Origin: Moniliella sp. 'wahieum'
Lineage: Eukaryota
Length of the DNA: 20,000 bases
Assembly (NCBI GenBank): GCA_003971905.1
Contig: RSEE01000140.1
Coordinates: 121,578-141,577, forward strand
Direction of reading: 5' to 3'
The notes under the pieces were generated by a model that worked only from the letters and a program-made list of their open reading frames with translations, did not search any database and was not told where the DNA came from. Below, in pieces: positions 1 through 10,246 of this stretch. The position numbers and the translations under genes are program-made. Each line of letters begins with the position of its first letter. Positions within the stretch are counted from its first letter, which is position 1.

Positions 1-2357
1 AAGATGCTCACTGCCATCGCGATCGAGCCACTTGGAAATAAGAGGGTCACCAACAATTGAGGTCCATTCCGTCATCAGGCTGCCCAAGACCTCTAGCGAC
101 TGGTGGCGCGAAAGCAAGCCTGTCGATCCGCGCGAGCTGTTAGTCGAGAAGGAAGGATGAAACTGAATGAGTTGCCGAGGACGATGAGGCGGTCGACACC
201 AATGTCATGGAGGGGAATTGCTGCTCATATGCCTGCGCCAATGTCTTGGCAAGTTCAGCTTTCTCGCCCGACACCTGGTTGGTGGGTAATCGATCACCGA
301 AAGGAAAACCGGGTCATGGATCTGCAAGCGGGCGCCCGTGGGATGGGAACGAGCAAAGCGCTCGAGCGCTGGCGCAAGTGCCGGCGAGGAAGGGGTTAAG
401 GACAAGTTGAACTGTGTCGCTGACAGAAGTAGCTGGTACGGATCGTTCACGGAAGCGCTCGGGGACGTAAAGGTAGAGGCAACTTCGGACGTGGCAGCAC
501 GCAAGTAGCGAGTGCGAGAAGCCTGTGTTGTCAGGTACCAAGCAGGTTGAGGCTGTGTAGCGTGATGAAGGAAGCAATCAACAAGATTTTGAGCCGGCCG
601 ACTGGGTTATTTTTAGAGTTGGAGCCAACCAAGCGGTGCCAGAGCCCACGGACCCGACGGGACCGAGAATGCTGCCGGTGACGCAGCTGGGCCGACATCC
701 CAGCCAAAGGGGGGCAGACATAGTTGAAGGAGTGATCGAGATGGAAGATACACGACTGCTTGCTGCGCTATCAGCACCCTGATTGTAGGGGTAACCGAGC
801 CGGTCGTCGCGTAGCGCTTGCTACGCCGCCGCTGGTCGGCGCGGCTTCCTTGTTAACGGCCGATGCGGCTGGGAGGGAAGCGTGGCGGCGCTTACGCAAG
901 ATCCGGATCCGCAGTACCTCGACAATAACGGTCAGGATGCCAGTGTAAAACGTGTGGAGAAGAATGGCATCGAAAAACAGGATCAGTGCCGCGAGCTGGC
1001 AAAACTCATGCAGGCCACTAGGAGCAATGCATGAGCCCGCAAGCAGCAAGGCCAACTCGATCGCATAGTCCGAACGATTTCTTGGCCAACACTGTCATAT
1101 GCACCCACCAACACGTCACGGGCAGCCAGTGGACGGGGAAGCTCCCATTCGAGATCGGGATTTTCGCGCAAGCGGGCAGTCAGGGCCCGAACAAAGGCAT
1201 CCTCATTCGACTTGGGTATATCGGAGGAGGTTCCCATTGAGGCCGGCTTTCCCTCGCTAGCTCCTACCGAACGCGAAGGTGGCTTCAGAACATCAGAAGA
1301 ACGTTGGGACCTTCGTGCAGGTGGGACGAAGGAGCGAAAGCGGGGTGAGTGAAGACAGCCTTGGTCAATTTATAGTGTTTGTCAAACCCGACAGTCACGA
1401 CCAAAAATGGGAGAGCTCGCTCAGTGGGACTGGGTCGATGTGCACACCAAGGTAGTGGGCCGAGACGAGAGCAAAAATAAACGCACAAGTGCACGAAATC
1501 AAAACCGATGCACCTGAACAATACCGAAACGTTAGCAGCTCGCCGACGAGGCGGAGACAGAGAAGAGGGCAACGTACCAAGCCAGAAGTGGAAGCCAAAG
1601 CGGCGCATCGATAGAAAAGATTGACAAAGGTGCGTGCATAAAGATGTAACACAAAGCATGAGAAAGATATCGGCAGAATCGGCGGCTCGGATCAGGTGGC
1701 CAAAGCGAGCGAAGAGAGCGCGAGAAGCGTAAGCACCAAGCGAATCGAGTCAGCCTGGACTGTTACGGCGGATGAGCGAAGCTGCTGCAGGGGCGCCCTG
1801 CGCGTGTCCATGTAGTAGGGGACATTGCAGGGACAATACGCCAGGTGTCGAAGGGAAGTGATACGTTGGACGGGGTAGCGAGCTGCTGCAGAAGCTCCGT
1901 CTCTTGAGCAGAGTCGGCCGAGGCAAACGAGGGGTCCAAGCCACCACAGGGGGGCTACCCGGCAGGACATAGGGCGTAGACAGGGAAGGCACGGAAGGAT
2001 GTTGGGCAGCGAACGACTGGGCGAGTTGAAGAAGGCTGGGTGCTGGAGCCTGCTGGGGCAGGGTGCCGATCGTGTCGACCCAGAAGACAGGACGCACCGC
2101 AGCGTCCGCAGCGGCGCTGGCGCCAGCACGTGACCAGCCAGAGGCCGAGTGTGTCCACACAGTGGGTGGCGCGAAGGAGGGGGCGGGCAGGCCGGCGGAG
2201 GCAGCCACGGCGTCGATCCAATGGGAGCGCGACAAGGCGAAGAGGAGGGAGAAGTAGCGAGTGTTGCGACGATGGCAACGACGACGATGCTCTCGATGGG
2301 CGTGCGGGTGGCCTGCCGGAGCAGGGCACGTGTCACACGCACCACAGGCGACAGCAT
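1..2357 (-). CDS. HMG1: HMG-CoA reductase, N-terminal membrane region (HPIH-like motif plus sterol-sensing domain); catalytic domain lies beyond the left edge; frameshifted in this sequence
   Basis: Fragments joined across frames from ATG 2357: MLSPVVRVTRALLRQATRTPIESIVVVAIVATLA (HPIH-like), IRAADSADIFLML..FVNLFLSMRRFGFHFWLG, ALPFLVVTVGFDKHYKLTKAVFTHP, SGLHEFCQLAALILFFDAILLHTFYTGILTVIVEVLRIR (sterol-sensing domain), NPVGRLKILLIASFITLHSLNL, EWTSIVGDPLISKWL..IAMAVSI. Motifs and order match fungal HMG-CoA reductases as I recall them. No clear intron seen. Confidence 0.9.
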
Positions 2358-2577
2358 GAGAGACGAAGGCGCTCGAGGGGACGGTGGAGCGGAGGCGAGA
2401 CCGCGACGAAGACGACGATGAAGACGCAAACGAAGACGAAGGAGATGGGCGATGGAGGGGCCTGTGGGCTGCGTTGGAGCAGATGGGCAGCGGTAGCTAG
2501 CTAGTGCACCCTGCCTGCCGATCACCAGGCCGCTCGGGGGCAGTGTAAGGCGGAGGGGCTGCAGTGCTGCGTCACGC

Positions 2578-2585
2578 GTCACATG
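2578..2585. promoter_or_regulatory. E-box GTCACATG (Cbf1/bHLH-type RTCACRTG) about 220 bp upstream of HMG1
   Basis: Lies within GTCACGCGTCACATGTCACA, which has three GTCAC half-sites. Function is inferred. Confidence 0.4.
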
Positions 2586-3630
2586 TCACAGCAGCCTGCA
2601 GCCGGCGCTTCCGCTCCGGTGGCGCCGTGGCCGGTGGCAACCGGGCGCAGCCGGTGCACGCCAGCACATGCCACGTCTGCGCTCCGCCGCAGCAGAGCGG
2701 CGCCACGCGGCCGTGTCTGCGCGGCTCCCCCACCTCGCCTATGCTACCCCGCCGGTGCCTGCCGGACGCTCCACATGCTGCACCAGAGCAGCGCCACCCT
2801 TCAGCTAAACCACGCTATATAGACTGCCATCCATGTCCAGGCCATGCCATGCTCCACCAGGCGACAATCCACCCGCAACACCGTCTCTTTCTCGCGGTGC
2901 GTCCCGCAGTGCTGCCGACGGCGAAATGATGCATCACGGGCTTTGAACCAACATCGCCTTGCTAGCCAACAGCTCCTCCGCGTCCGGTCCACGATCCGTC
3001 GTGACGCAGCAGTGCTCACCAAAAAGATAAGAATGAGGTCCTGACAGGCGAAATAGATGAGCCAGTGCATGCGACGCTTGTTGGGTAGGAGCTTTTCGGA
3101 ACCTCCACTGCTACATCAGGCACAACACTATCTACCGCATCCGTCCGTTACAGCCACGGTAAAAGAGCCAGAAGGAGCGTTGGGAGCAGGGACGGCTGGC
3201 TGCATCATCCAACTGGAGGATTCGGGAATGGGAGCAGCGAGCTGGTTCCCTCCGCCTCGTCCACAGGTGCCAGGCTACACAATCATACGCCACCTATGGA
3301 ACGAAAGTTGAGCGAAGCAGGCTGAGGTGCCCATGCGGGGAAGCCAACCATGTGGAGGTTGTGACATGTGATTGAGCGCCAATGGCACATCACCGTGCGC
3401 GTAATCACCGAGCCAGCATGGTCCCGGAGGGACATCAATATTCACTAGGGTTGTTCCCGGGGCGCAATGAGATTTCCGCAGCGCCAGCACTGCCGCAGTT
3501 GCACTTTCGCAGTGTAGGCACTGCGCCCTGGTCTGTGACGCTGCCCCGCCGAACGGCCGCTGTGGCCGGGGGGTGGCAGCTGGCAGCGTCGGTGACGGCC
3601 TCGCCACCAAGCAGCACCTTCTCCAACATC

Positions 3631-4743
3631 ATGGCCTCGCGTGCGACTGTCAGTGTCCGCGCTGCTGACGGCAGTGCCAGCGGCGCAAGCTGCCGCTGCC
3701 GCCGTTCTCACCGCTCCGATCCGCTCCGACGTGGTGCAGATTACTTAACCCAGGTGGCCGAACAAGCGCCAACCCTACGCCGTTTCCACCAGGCTGGCCA
3801 CCAGACCTCGGCCGAGTCGTGGGGACCGGCCGTGCTCTGGCCCGTATCCCTCGTGTGGGCGGCTCGGGCACCCACCGTGCTGGCCAGCTGCGTTCGGTAA
3901 ACATGGCCCGTGCGGTCACATGTTTGCTCCCACCAAGGTGTGGCGCCGCTGGTGGGTGAGACGAACCAGAACCAGAAAGCGTGTTGCGACTGCTTCGGCT
4001 CTGGCTGCGACCGCCGTGCCGTCCCTCGTTCTCGCCCGCGGCCACCGCGTTGAGCAGGTTGCCGAGGTTCCCCTCGTTCCCCACCGAGGTCGAGTCCTAC
4101 TCGAAGACCAAGGAGCGGTTGCCCTCCTCAAGGCGCTCAACGCCTACGACGATGTGCTCAAGGTGTCCAACTCGCGCAAGATCCGTGCTGGCCAGGGCAA
4201 GCTGCGCAACCGTCGTCACGTGCAGCGCCGCGGCCCCCTCGTTGTGTACAACGAGGACAAGGGCATCTACCGCGCTTTCCGCAACCTGCCCGGTGTGGAG
4301 CTCGTGTCGGTTCACCGCCTTAACCTCCTCCAGCTCGCGCCCGGTGGTCACCTTGGCCGCTTTGTGATCTGGACCGAGGCTGCCTTCAAGCAGCTCGACT
4401 CGATCTTTGGCACCTACGATGCTGCCTCGGCGCAGAAGAAGGGCTTCGTCCTTCCCCGCGCCAAGATCACCAACACGGACGTGTCGCGTCTGCTGCTTCG
4501 GAGGAGATCCAGGCCGTGCTTCGTCCGGCTGGCCCCAAGGCGACCAAGCGCCCCTTCACCCAGAAGAAGAACCCGCTGCGCAACAAGTTCGTCATGGACC
4601 GTCTTAACCCGTACGCCAAGGTGCAGCGCAAGATCGAGGCTGACATTCGCGCCGCCAAGGCTGCTGGCACCTACAAGCCCGCTGCCAAACCGGCCAAGTT
4701 GGCGCTCAACCCCAAGTTCCTTGAGTTCCTCCATGCTCCTTAA
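3631..4743 (+). CDS. RPL4: 60S ribosomal protein L4 (uL4); apparently intronless; many small indels
   Basis: MASRATVSVR at 3631, AGHQTSAESWG, RIPRVGGSGTHRAGQ, HMFAPTKVWRRW, VPSLVLARGHRVEQVAEVPLV, KIRAGQGKLRNRRHVQRRGPLVVY, LNLLQLAPGGHLGRFVIWTEAAF, KKNPLRNKFVMDRLNPYAK; stop TAA 4741-4743. Strong C-ending codon bias typical of a highly expressed gene. Confidence 0.97.
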
Positions 4744-5158
4744 ATAGTCCTTGTGGTCTATTGATGCCTGTGGGGGTCTCATGGAATGATGGGACAACCT
4801 GTGCCTCCCTTGTCTGTTGGATGATCGGCTGGCGCACATGCCCATGGCCCTGGTGAGGCGATAATCAAGGCCTGAGCACCTTATGCACATGCATATGTTG
4901 CACTCCTCCCCAAAATTGTCCCGACTTGGCTGTTCGGGGGTGTTGGCCACCCTTCTCTCGTGCCCATCCATAGGCCCATACGTAACTTGCTGACTGCGAG
5001 TGTTAGTGCAGCTTGAAGGAAGCTCGTCCAGACGGCGCACAGCCCTGGCCCATCCGGCACCATTACATAATAGCCCGTGCTGTCTTGCCAGTTACCGATG
5101 GATATTGGATTGTCTTGTTGTTCTGACCGGCAGCCCCACCTTCACTTCCATCACGGTC

Positions 5159-6111
5159 ATGGCTTCGGCGTCCAACTTTGACACGTGGCGGGACGCCTGT
5201 ATGGGTATATTACAGCGTCCCATGCCGCTCCAAGCCCATCTCAGCACCCATCACCTCCCTCCCCACCATCCTCTCCCGCACCGACGTGGTCGAAACCAAC
5301 ACCGTGATGCGCCGGCCATGGCCACCCCGGAAGAGGTCGAGGACTGGAGCAAGCATGTCGAAACCGAAGAGGAGTTTCAGCGAAGAATCCAGGTAGAGAA
5401 GTGGGGCGCGTCCCTTTTGGCCAATAGTACGTTTGTATCCGATTGTGTTTGTGTTTTTCGTCTCATCCGTTCTGACTTGACGGCATGGGTGCTCCCGACT
5501 CGTCCCGCTCCCCGCACTGCGCTGAAACCAGGCCCGATGATCCGTTTCATGTCCAAGCACCTTGCCGTGATTGGTTGCAATCCATTGGATGAAGCCGATG
5601 TGTCCCCATCCGCCATGCCCAAGATTGCCGTCGGTCCGTGCCACCCACAATTGCCGGTGGCTTTTCCCCGCCCCCGAGGGGCATCCCCCAGTGAGAGCGG
5701 TATCTTGATCTGCAGCAACCGGATTCAGACCAAGAAACACCTCGAAGCTGGCGCACGAAATGGTGCACTGGTGGGACAACTGTCGCTTCAAGGTGGACTG
5801 GTCCGATCTACGTCAGCATGCCTGCTCAGAAGTACGGGCGGCGTCCTTGTCGGGCGACTGTCGTTGGGGCCGAGAAATGCGTCGGTTACACTTTGGTGTG
5901 ATGAAGCAGCACCAAGAATGTGCACGTCGCCGCGCTGTGCTGTCGATCATGGGAAATCCGGCGTGCAAGGGCGAGGACCACGCCAAGGAAATTGTGAATG
6001 ATGTCTTTCAAAGTTGCTTTAACGACACGCGGCCCTTTGAGGAGGTTCGTTCCACCCTGGCGTTGGCTCTTCCTCTCTGTGCTGACCACCGCGTTTGCCT
6101 AGATCTACTGA
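5159..6111 (+). CDS. ATP23: Mitochondrial inner membrane protease ATP23 (peptidase M76), two predicted introns
   Basis: [26 protein letters not shown], (LA)HEMVH zinc motif [69 protein letters not shown], then after splicing ATC TAC TGA (IY*), giving the family-typical DTRPF.EIY end. Start could be 5159 or 5318. One frameshift near 5748. Confidence 0.93.
5427..5531 (+). other. Spliceosomal intron 1 of ATP23 (105 nt)
   Basis: GTACGT donor at 5427 and CCAG acceptor ending 5531; removal gives ..LLANS-PMIRF.., the spacing expected in ATP23. Confidence 0.75.
6045..6102 (+). other. Spliceosomal intron 2 of ATP23 (58 nt)
   Basis: GTTCGT donor, GCTGAC branch site, CTAG acceptor; removal yields RPFEE-IY-stop. 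Confidence 0.85.
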
Positions 6112-6210
6112 ACGCGTGTCTGCTATACCATCCCATCTACACTGTTCGAGAGTCAAGACTAATACAAAAGGTATCGACCCTACACGATACAGAACCGAAA
6201 CCAACAGACC

Positions 6211-6247
6211 CTAGTCCAGTAATCCCCGACTAGTCCAGTATCCCCGA
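6211..6247. repeat. Near-perfect tandem duplication CTAGTCCAGTAATCCCCGA / CTAGTCCAGTATCCCCGA
   Basis: Seen directly: 19-nt copy at 6211-6229 and 18-nt copy at 6230-6247, differing by one A. Confidence 0.9.
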
Positions 6248-9200
6248 GTGGGCAACGAAATGTGATCATGCCGTAGGCTCTTCCGGCTCTGGTGGTCGGG
6301 GAGGCGGTATACCACCACCTTCGACAGCCAACAAATCGTCCAACATTTTGGAGTGCTTCTTGGTTCGCTCCATCTCCTCGCGTGTTCGACGAATCTGGTG
6401 CTTAAGCTCCTTCTTGTAGTCAGACCATTTTTCCGTCCCTTTGTGCGCTGCTCCAAGGAAGGACGGGAAGAGCTTTGCTCAACTTGCGACTCAGTTCCTT
6501 TACCCCTCTTTCCACTTGGCTTCTTCGTGCTCGTGACGGACCTGAGCTTCCTTCATCCGGTCTTCAGTCTCAGCCAGCTGGTGCTTTGCAACGGTCAACA
6601 TGCTTTCCAAACTAGCTGGAGTGGGGGCGATGAGTCGTATTCGGGCTTAAACTCGTCCCATTCTCTGGGCCGACTTCATTGACCCGATTTGGATCTGCAG
6701 CTCGTTGTTAGCCGAGCGGAGAGCGTCCAGCTCAGCCTGTTTGGCTGCGATACGGTTGTGCCACAGACCTGTTTGTCCTTAATCATCTCGATGGATGTGT
6801 CTAGCTGGTTGATCCGTGTAGTATTTGCGTCTTTTGCCGATGTACCGTACTGGAGAACGAAAAAGAGAAAACGAGTGAATCGAATGTAAGCAGGTGAGAC
6901 CGAGTATATACCTGGGGGGAGGGAGCCCTACCTAAAACGATCTGTGATATTATCCTCGATACCCTTGATGCGTTGTTCGAACTGTACACGTATTCGCTCA
7001 CACTCTTCAGAAGAGTCATGATCGCTCATTTAAGACGGGAAGTTGGTAAATGCGTCGTCCTCGTGTGCATGCTGGCTCCATTCCCGGGCCCCATGACACG
7101 ACCCAGTTGCTGGGAGATGTGCATCAGCAACGCATCACGTTCCTTAGCTGCTGGGCAACTTGTTCACTGACGGCGTTGGTTACGCGTCTCATCTGCCCGA
7201 ACTGTTTCCACACTTTCCAGTTTGGCCTGAGCCCGTCCAATTCTTCTTGTGCCTTCAACAAGGCCCGGCTTTGCACGTCGAACCGTTCCGAGAAGCCTTT
7301 GCTCACTTGCTCTTCCGCCGACAATTTACCTGCAAGTTCACAAAGCTTGGCCTTCTGCAGCACAAAGAGAGTTAAAGAGAATAGATCAGTGAGATGCCAC
7401 TCCCCATCCAGTAAAGAAAAGAGAGAGAAGAAAGAAGCGTACCGCTTGGGTCCAACCTAGGTCTTTCTCCTTCACCAAGTCAGACTTCCGTTCCACTTCC
7501 TTGGTGCATTTCTCCAGCTCGCGCTCAAGCTCTGCAATTTTACTCTGGAGGCGATCGATCTCAAGATCCAACATGTGCTTCTCGGCGGCAAACGATTCTA
7601 CATTGTGTGCTTGCAGCACTGCGAGTTCGGCTTGAAGCTGGTCCTGAACCTGTTGCTGCATCCGTGCTTGAGCTCCTCTAGCGCTTTATCCAGCAATCTG
7701 CACTCATGCTCTTTTTCGACTGCTTTGACTCGATATTCGTCCTCACGTGCCAACTCGGCCTTGTTCTTGGGTCTTCTGGGCAGCGGCACGCTGCTCACTG
7801 CCGAGACGCTCAATCGCAGTGGCCAAATCAGCTTTGACTGTACTCAACTCGGCACGCGTCTTCTGGGCCGTTTCAGCTTGGGCTTCCGCTTCGGCTTGAT
7901 GTATCTCAATCTTGTTGTTGCTCTCGACCAAGCGATTTCGAGGGCGCATTCTCTCTTGGGCAGTAGCGAGTCTAGCTCGGAGCGATTCGTTGAATAGCTC
8001 CGCTGATTGAACTTGGCCTGGGCCCCCCTCAACTCAAGTTGCAGTCGCTCGATCTCTTCCCCTTGAGCATGGAGGCGAGCATCACGATCTTCAATCCAGA
8101 TTTCCAGTTTTGCATTGCCCCGACCTCTCCCATTTGACGGCTCGCCGTATCAAGGTCGATATCACGGTTGACCAGCTGGTCTTGCAGATGCTTGGCTTGG
8201 TTTTCCCAGTGAGCCGCCTCTGTCTCTATTTTCTCAACTTTGTTTCCAGCATCTTCACCTCTTCTTCTTGCGCAAGTTGAAAGGCACGCGCCAGTTCAAT
8301 GTCATGTTGGCCTTGCGTTGATTATCCTCGATACAAAGCAAAAGTTGATCCCTGTACTGGTCCTTCTGCTCGCATTGGCGACGTAACCTTATGACTTCGT
8401 CATGCTCCCACTTGACTTGTTCCTCCGCTTGATCCGGAGTGTGTGAGCAACGTTCAGCTCGTTCGCAATTGATCATAGGCTTCGTCAATTGGGAAAGACG
8501 GGCTTGAGATTAACATCAGCAGATGATGCTGTTCTGTTGCTCTGAGCTCCAAGGCAGCAAGCGTTCCTTCAACTCTTTATTTTGTTGGTTCAACAGGCCT
8601 CTTGTTCCTCCCGACTCTGCAACGCCAACGCGAGTTCACGTTCCAGTTCCCCAACTTGAGCACGGGGGGCCTCTTCAATCTCCTGGTTGTGTTGCCGTGT
8701 CAAGTCTGATGAGGATTGTCTCTTATCCAAGCGGCAATTCGTGTCAGCCAGTTTGAGAGAGAGTTGATCCCGCTCCGCCTTGATCTGGGAAAGCTCCTTG
8801 GCATGCTCTTTCTTGAGTTGGTCCAACAATTCCTGCGAATAAGAATCAACGAGAGAGAATTATTAACAAAAACGAGAACCAACAGGTTGATTAAAGAGAT
8901 ATAATAACTGAGAAAGTATATGATAGTAATCAGGGAAAGAAGTGAGAAACACGTACCTCCTGTTGTTCTGGGGACTGGTGGGCCTTCGGCTTATCGCGTT
9001 CGGTCTTAAGGCACTTGATCTGACGATCACATAATGATATACTCTTTTTCATTTTCTCGTTCTGATTGCGCAGCTTGGCAATATGTTCTGTGCCTCAATG
9101 AGCTGGATGACCACTTTCGGCTGTTCTTTATCGTTGCTCAGTTGGCTGCGCAAGTGGAAAACCTCGCGCTTCAGATCACTATTTTGATTCCTCAGGGCTT

Positions 9201-9700
9201 CGATGTATCCCTCAGTTCTCTTGAGACTCAAACCGTTGGTTGATTTGTGAGGCCGAAGAGCGTCCAGACATTGGGACTCATCCAGCAACTGTCATTCCGG
9301 GGGATCTCGGCCGTTATGACGAGTAAAAGGTTGAGAGATGAAGAGGATTCAGAGTCTTGGGCCACAAGCTGGCGTTGGAGTTAGACAATCCCGTCTCGAC
9401 CACTAATGTATGCGTGCCACTATCCCCTTCGATCACGCCTGGAAGGGTGAATGGTAACTTGGAAGCCATATTGCCTTCGTCGGTGGTGAGGCTGTCTGAT
9501 GGTGTGGATTTTCGCGTGAACCGTCCACGCTAATGGTAGGGCGACAGAAGTGGTAATTGATTAGGAATTGGGGCGGGGCGTGAAGACGAGGGGTGCGTTC
9601 ATTGGTCTCGACGAGGAGACAGCGAGTGGGGGTACCATCACCAATCTGGGTGTCGGTAACGTCAGAAGGAAGAGGGGATTCTGCCTCCTGGCATGGGACG
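6211..9700 (-). CDS. Mto1/ApsB-like (centrosomin-family) gamma-tubulin complex tethering coiled-coil protein; at least 3 introns; both ends uncertain
   Basis: N-terminal [31 protein letters not shown] (~9140-9235) resembles centrosomin motif CM1/Cnn_1N. Long E/K/Q/L heptad stretches follow. C-terminal pieces [66 protein letters not shown] and [30 protein letters not shown] resemble the C-terminal Mto2_bdg-type region of fungal Mto1/ApsB proteins. Predicted introns 8833-8956, 7355-7442, 6850-6931 (GTACGT/GTACGC/GTAGGG...CAG). Family assignment is from recalled motifs, not a search. Confidence 0.7.
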
Positions 9701-10000
9701 GTCGTGGTGATGGCAATACGACTGCCGGGGGGGTGCCCAAGTTGCTTGATGCACAGTGGCTGTGCTCCGCGTCGGCGTGGTCCGCCGAAACCAGACAGGG
9801 GAGGGCATCGGACCTGATCCAGCACACAGGGGCTCGGGAGTGGTGGTGTGTGAGGGAGGCAGACGCACAAGCGACCGAGGAGGAAGTGGGAACTGATGTG
9901 GCCAGAACAGCCAGAGCGAACGAGCAGCGGCTATACTAATTTAACCCAAAAACACACCCAACCCTCCCACTGCAAACAGAGCGCTGGCGTTGCCCCGTTG

Positions 10001-10027
10001 CACGTGACCACAGAGATGGGTCACATG
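10001..10027. promoter_or_regulatory. Pair of E-boxes, CACGTGAC and GTCACATG, upstream of the Mto1-like gene
   Basis: CACGTGAC at 10001-10008 and GTCACATG at 10020-10027, in inverted arrangement. Confidence 0.4.
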
Positions 10028-10246
10028 TACTACACCCTGCTATAACCCGCTATAAAAACAGGTATGGCTATATTGTTCACTTGAGTTCGTTTTGTTTCGC
10101 ACACACTGCATTAAGATCAAGTCGTGATGAACATCGCAACCAACGTAAACGCTAGAGAGAAAGGAGGGGGTAATAGCGACCGGTCCGGTGGGTAAAAAAA
10201 GATGGGGTTGCAGCATCTCCACACATCAGCAAAAAAGAGCCGCCTC

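Noticed and set aside
2358..2582. Arg/Pro-rich N-terminal extension of HMG1 implied by ORF 1692-2582
   Set aside because: It depends on a non-ATG start and translates a pyrimidine-rich leader; the first ATG in that frame is at 2357, just before the HPIH-like motif.
3631..4743. RPL4 as a processed pseudogene or programmed-frameshift gene
   Set aside because: The same indel pattern affects all neighbouring genes, codon bias is intact, and no poly(A) tail, target-site duplication or consistent slippery site is seen.
10112..10122. TAAGATCAAGT resembling part of U2 snRNA
   Set aside because: Not followed by the GTAGTA branch-recognition sequence, and the 5' stem is absent.
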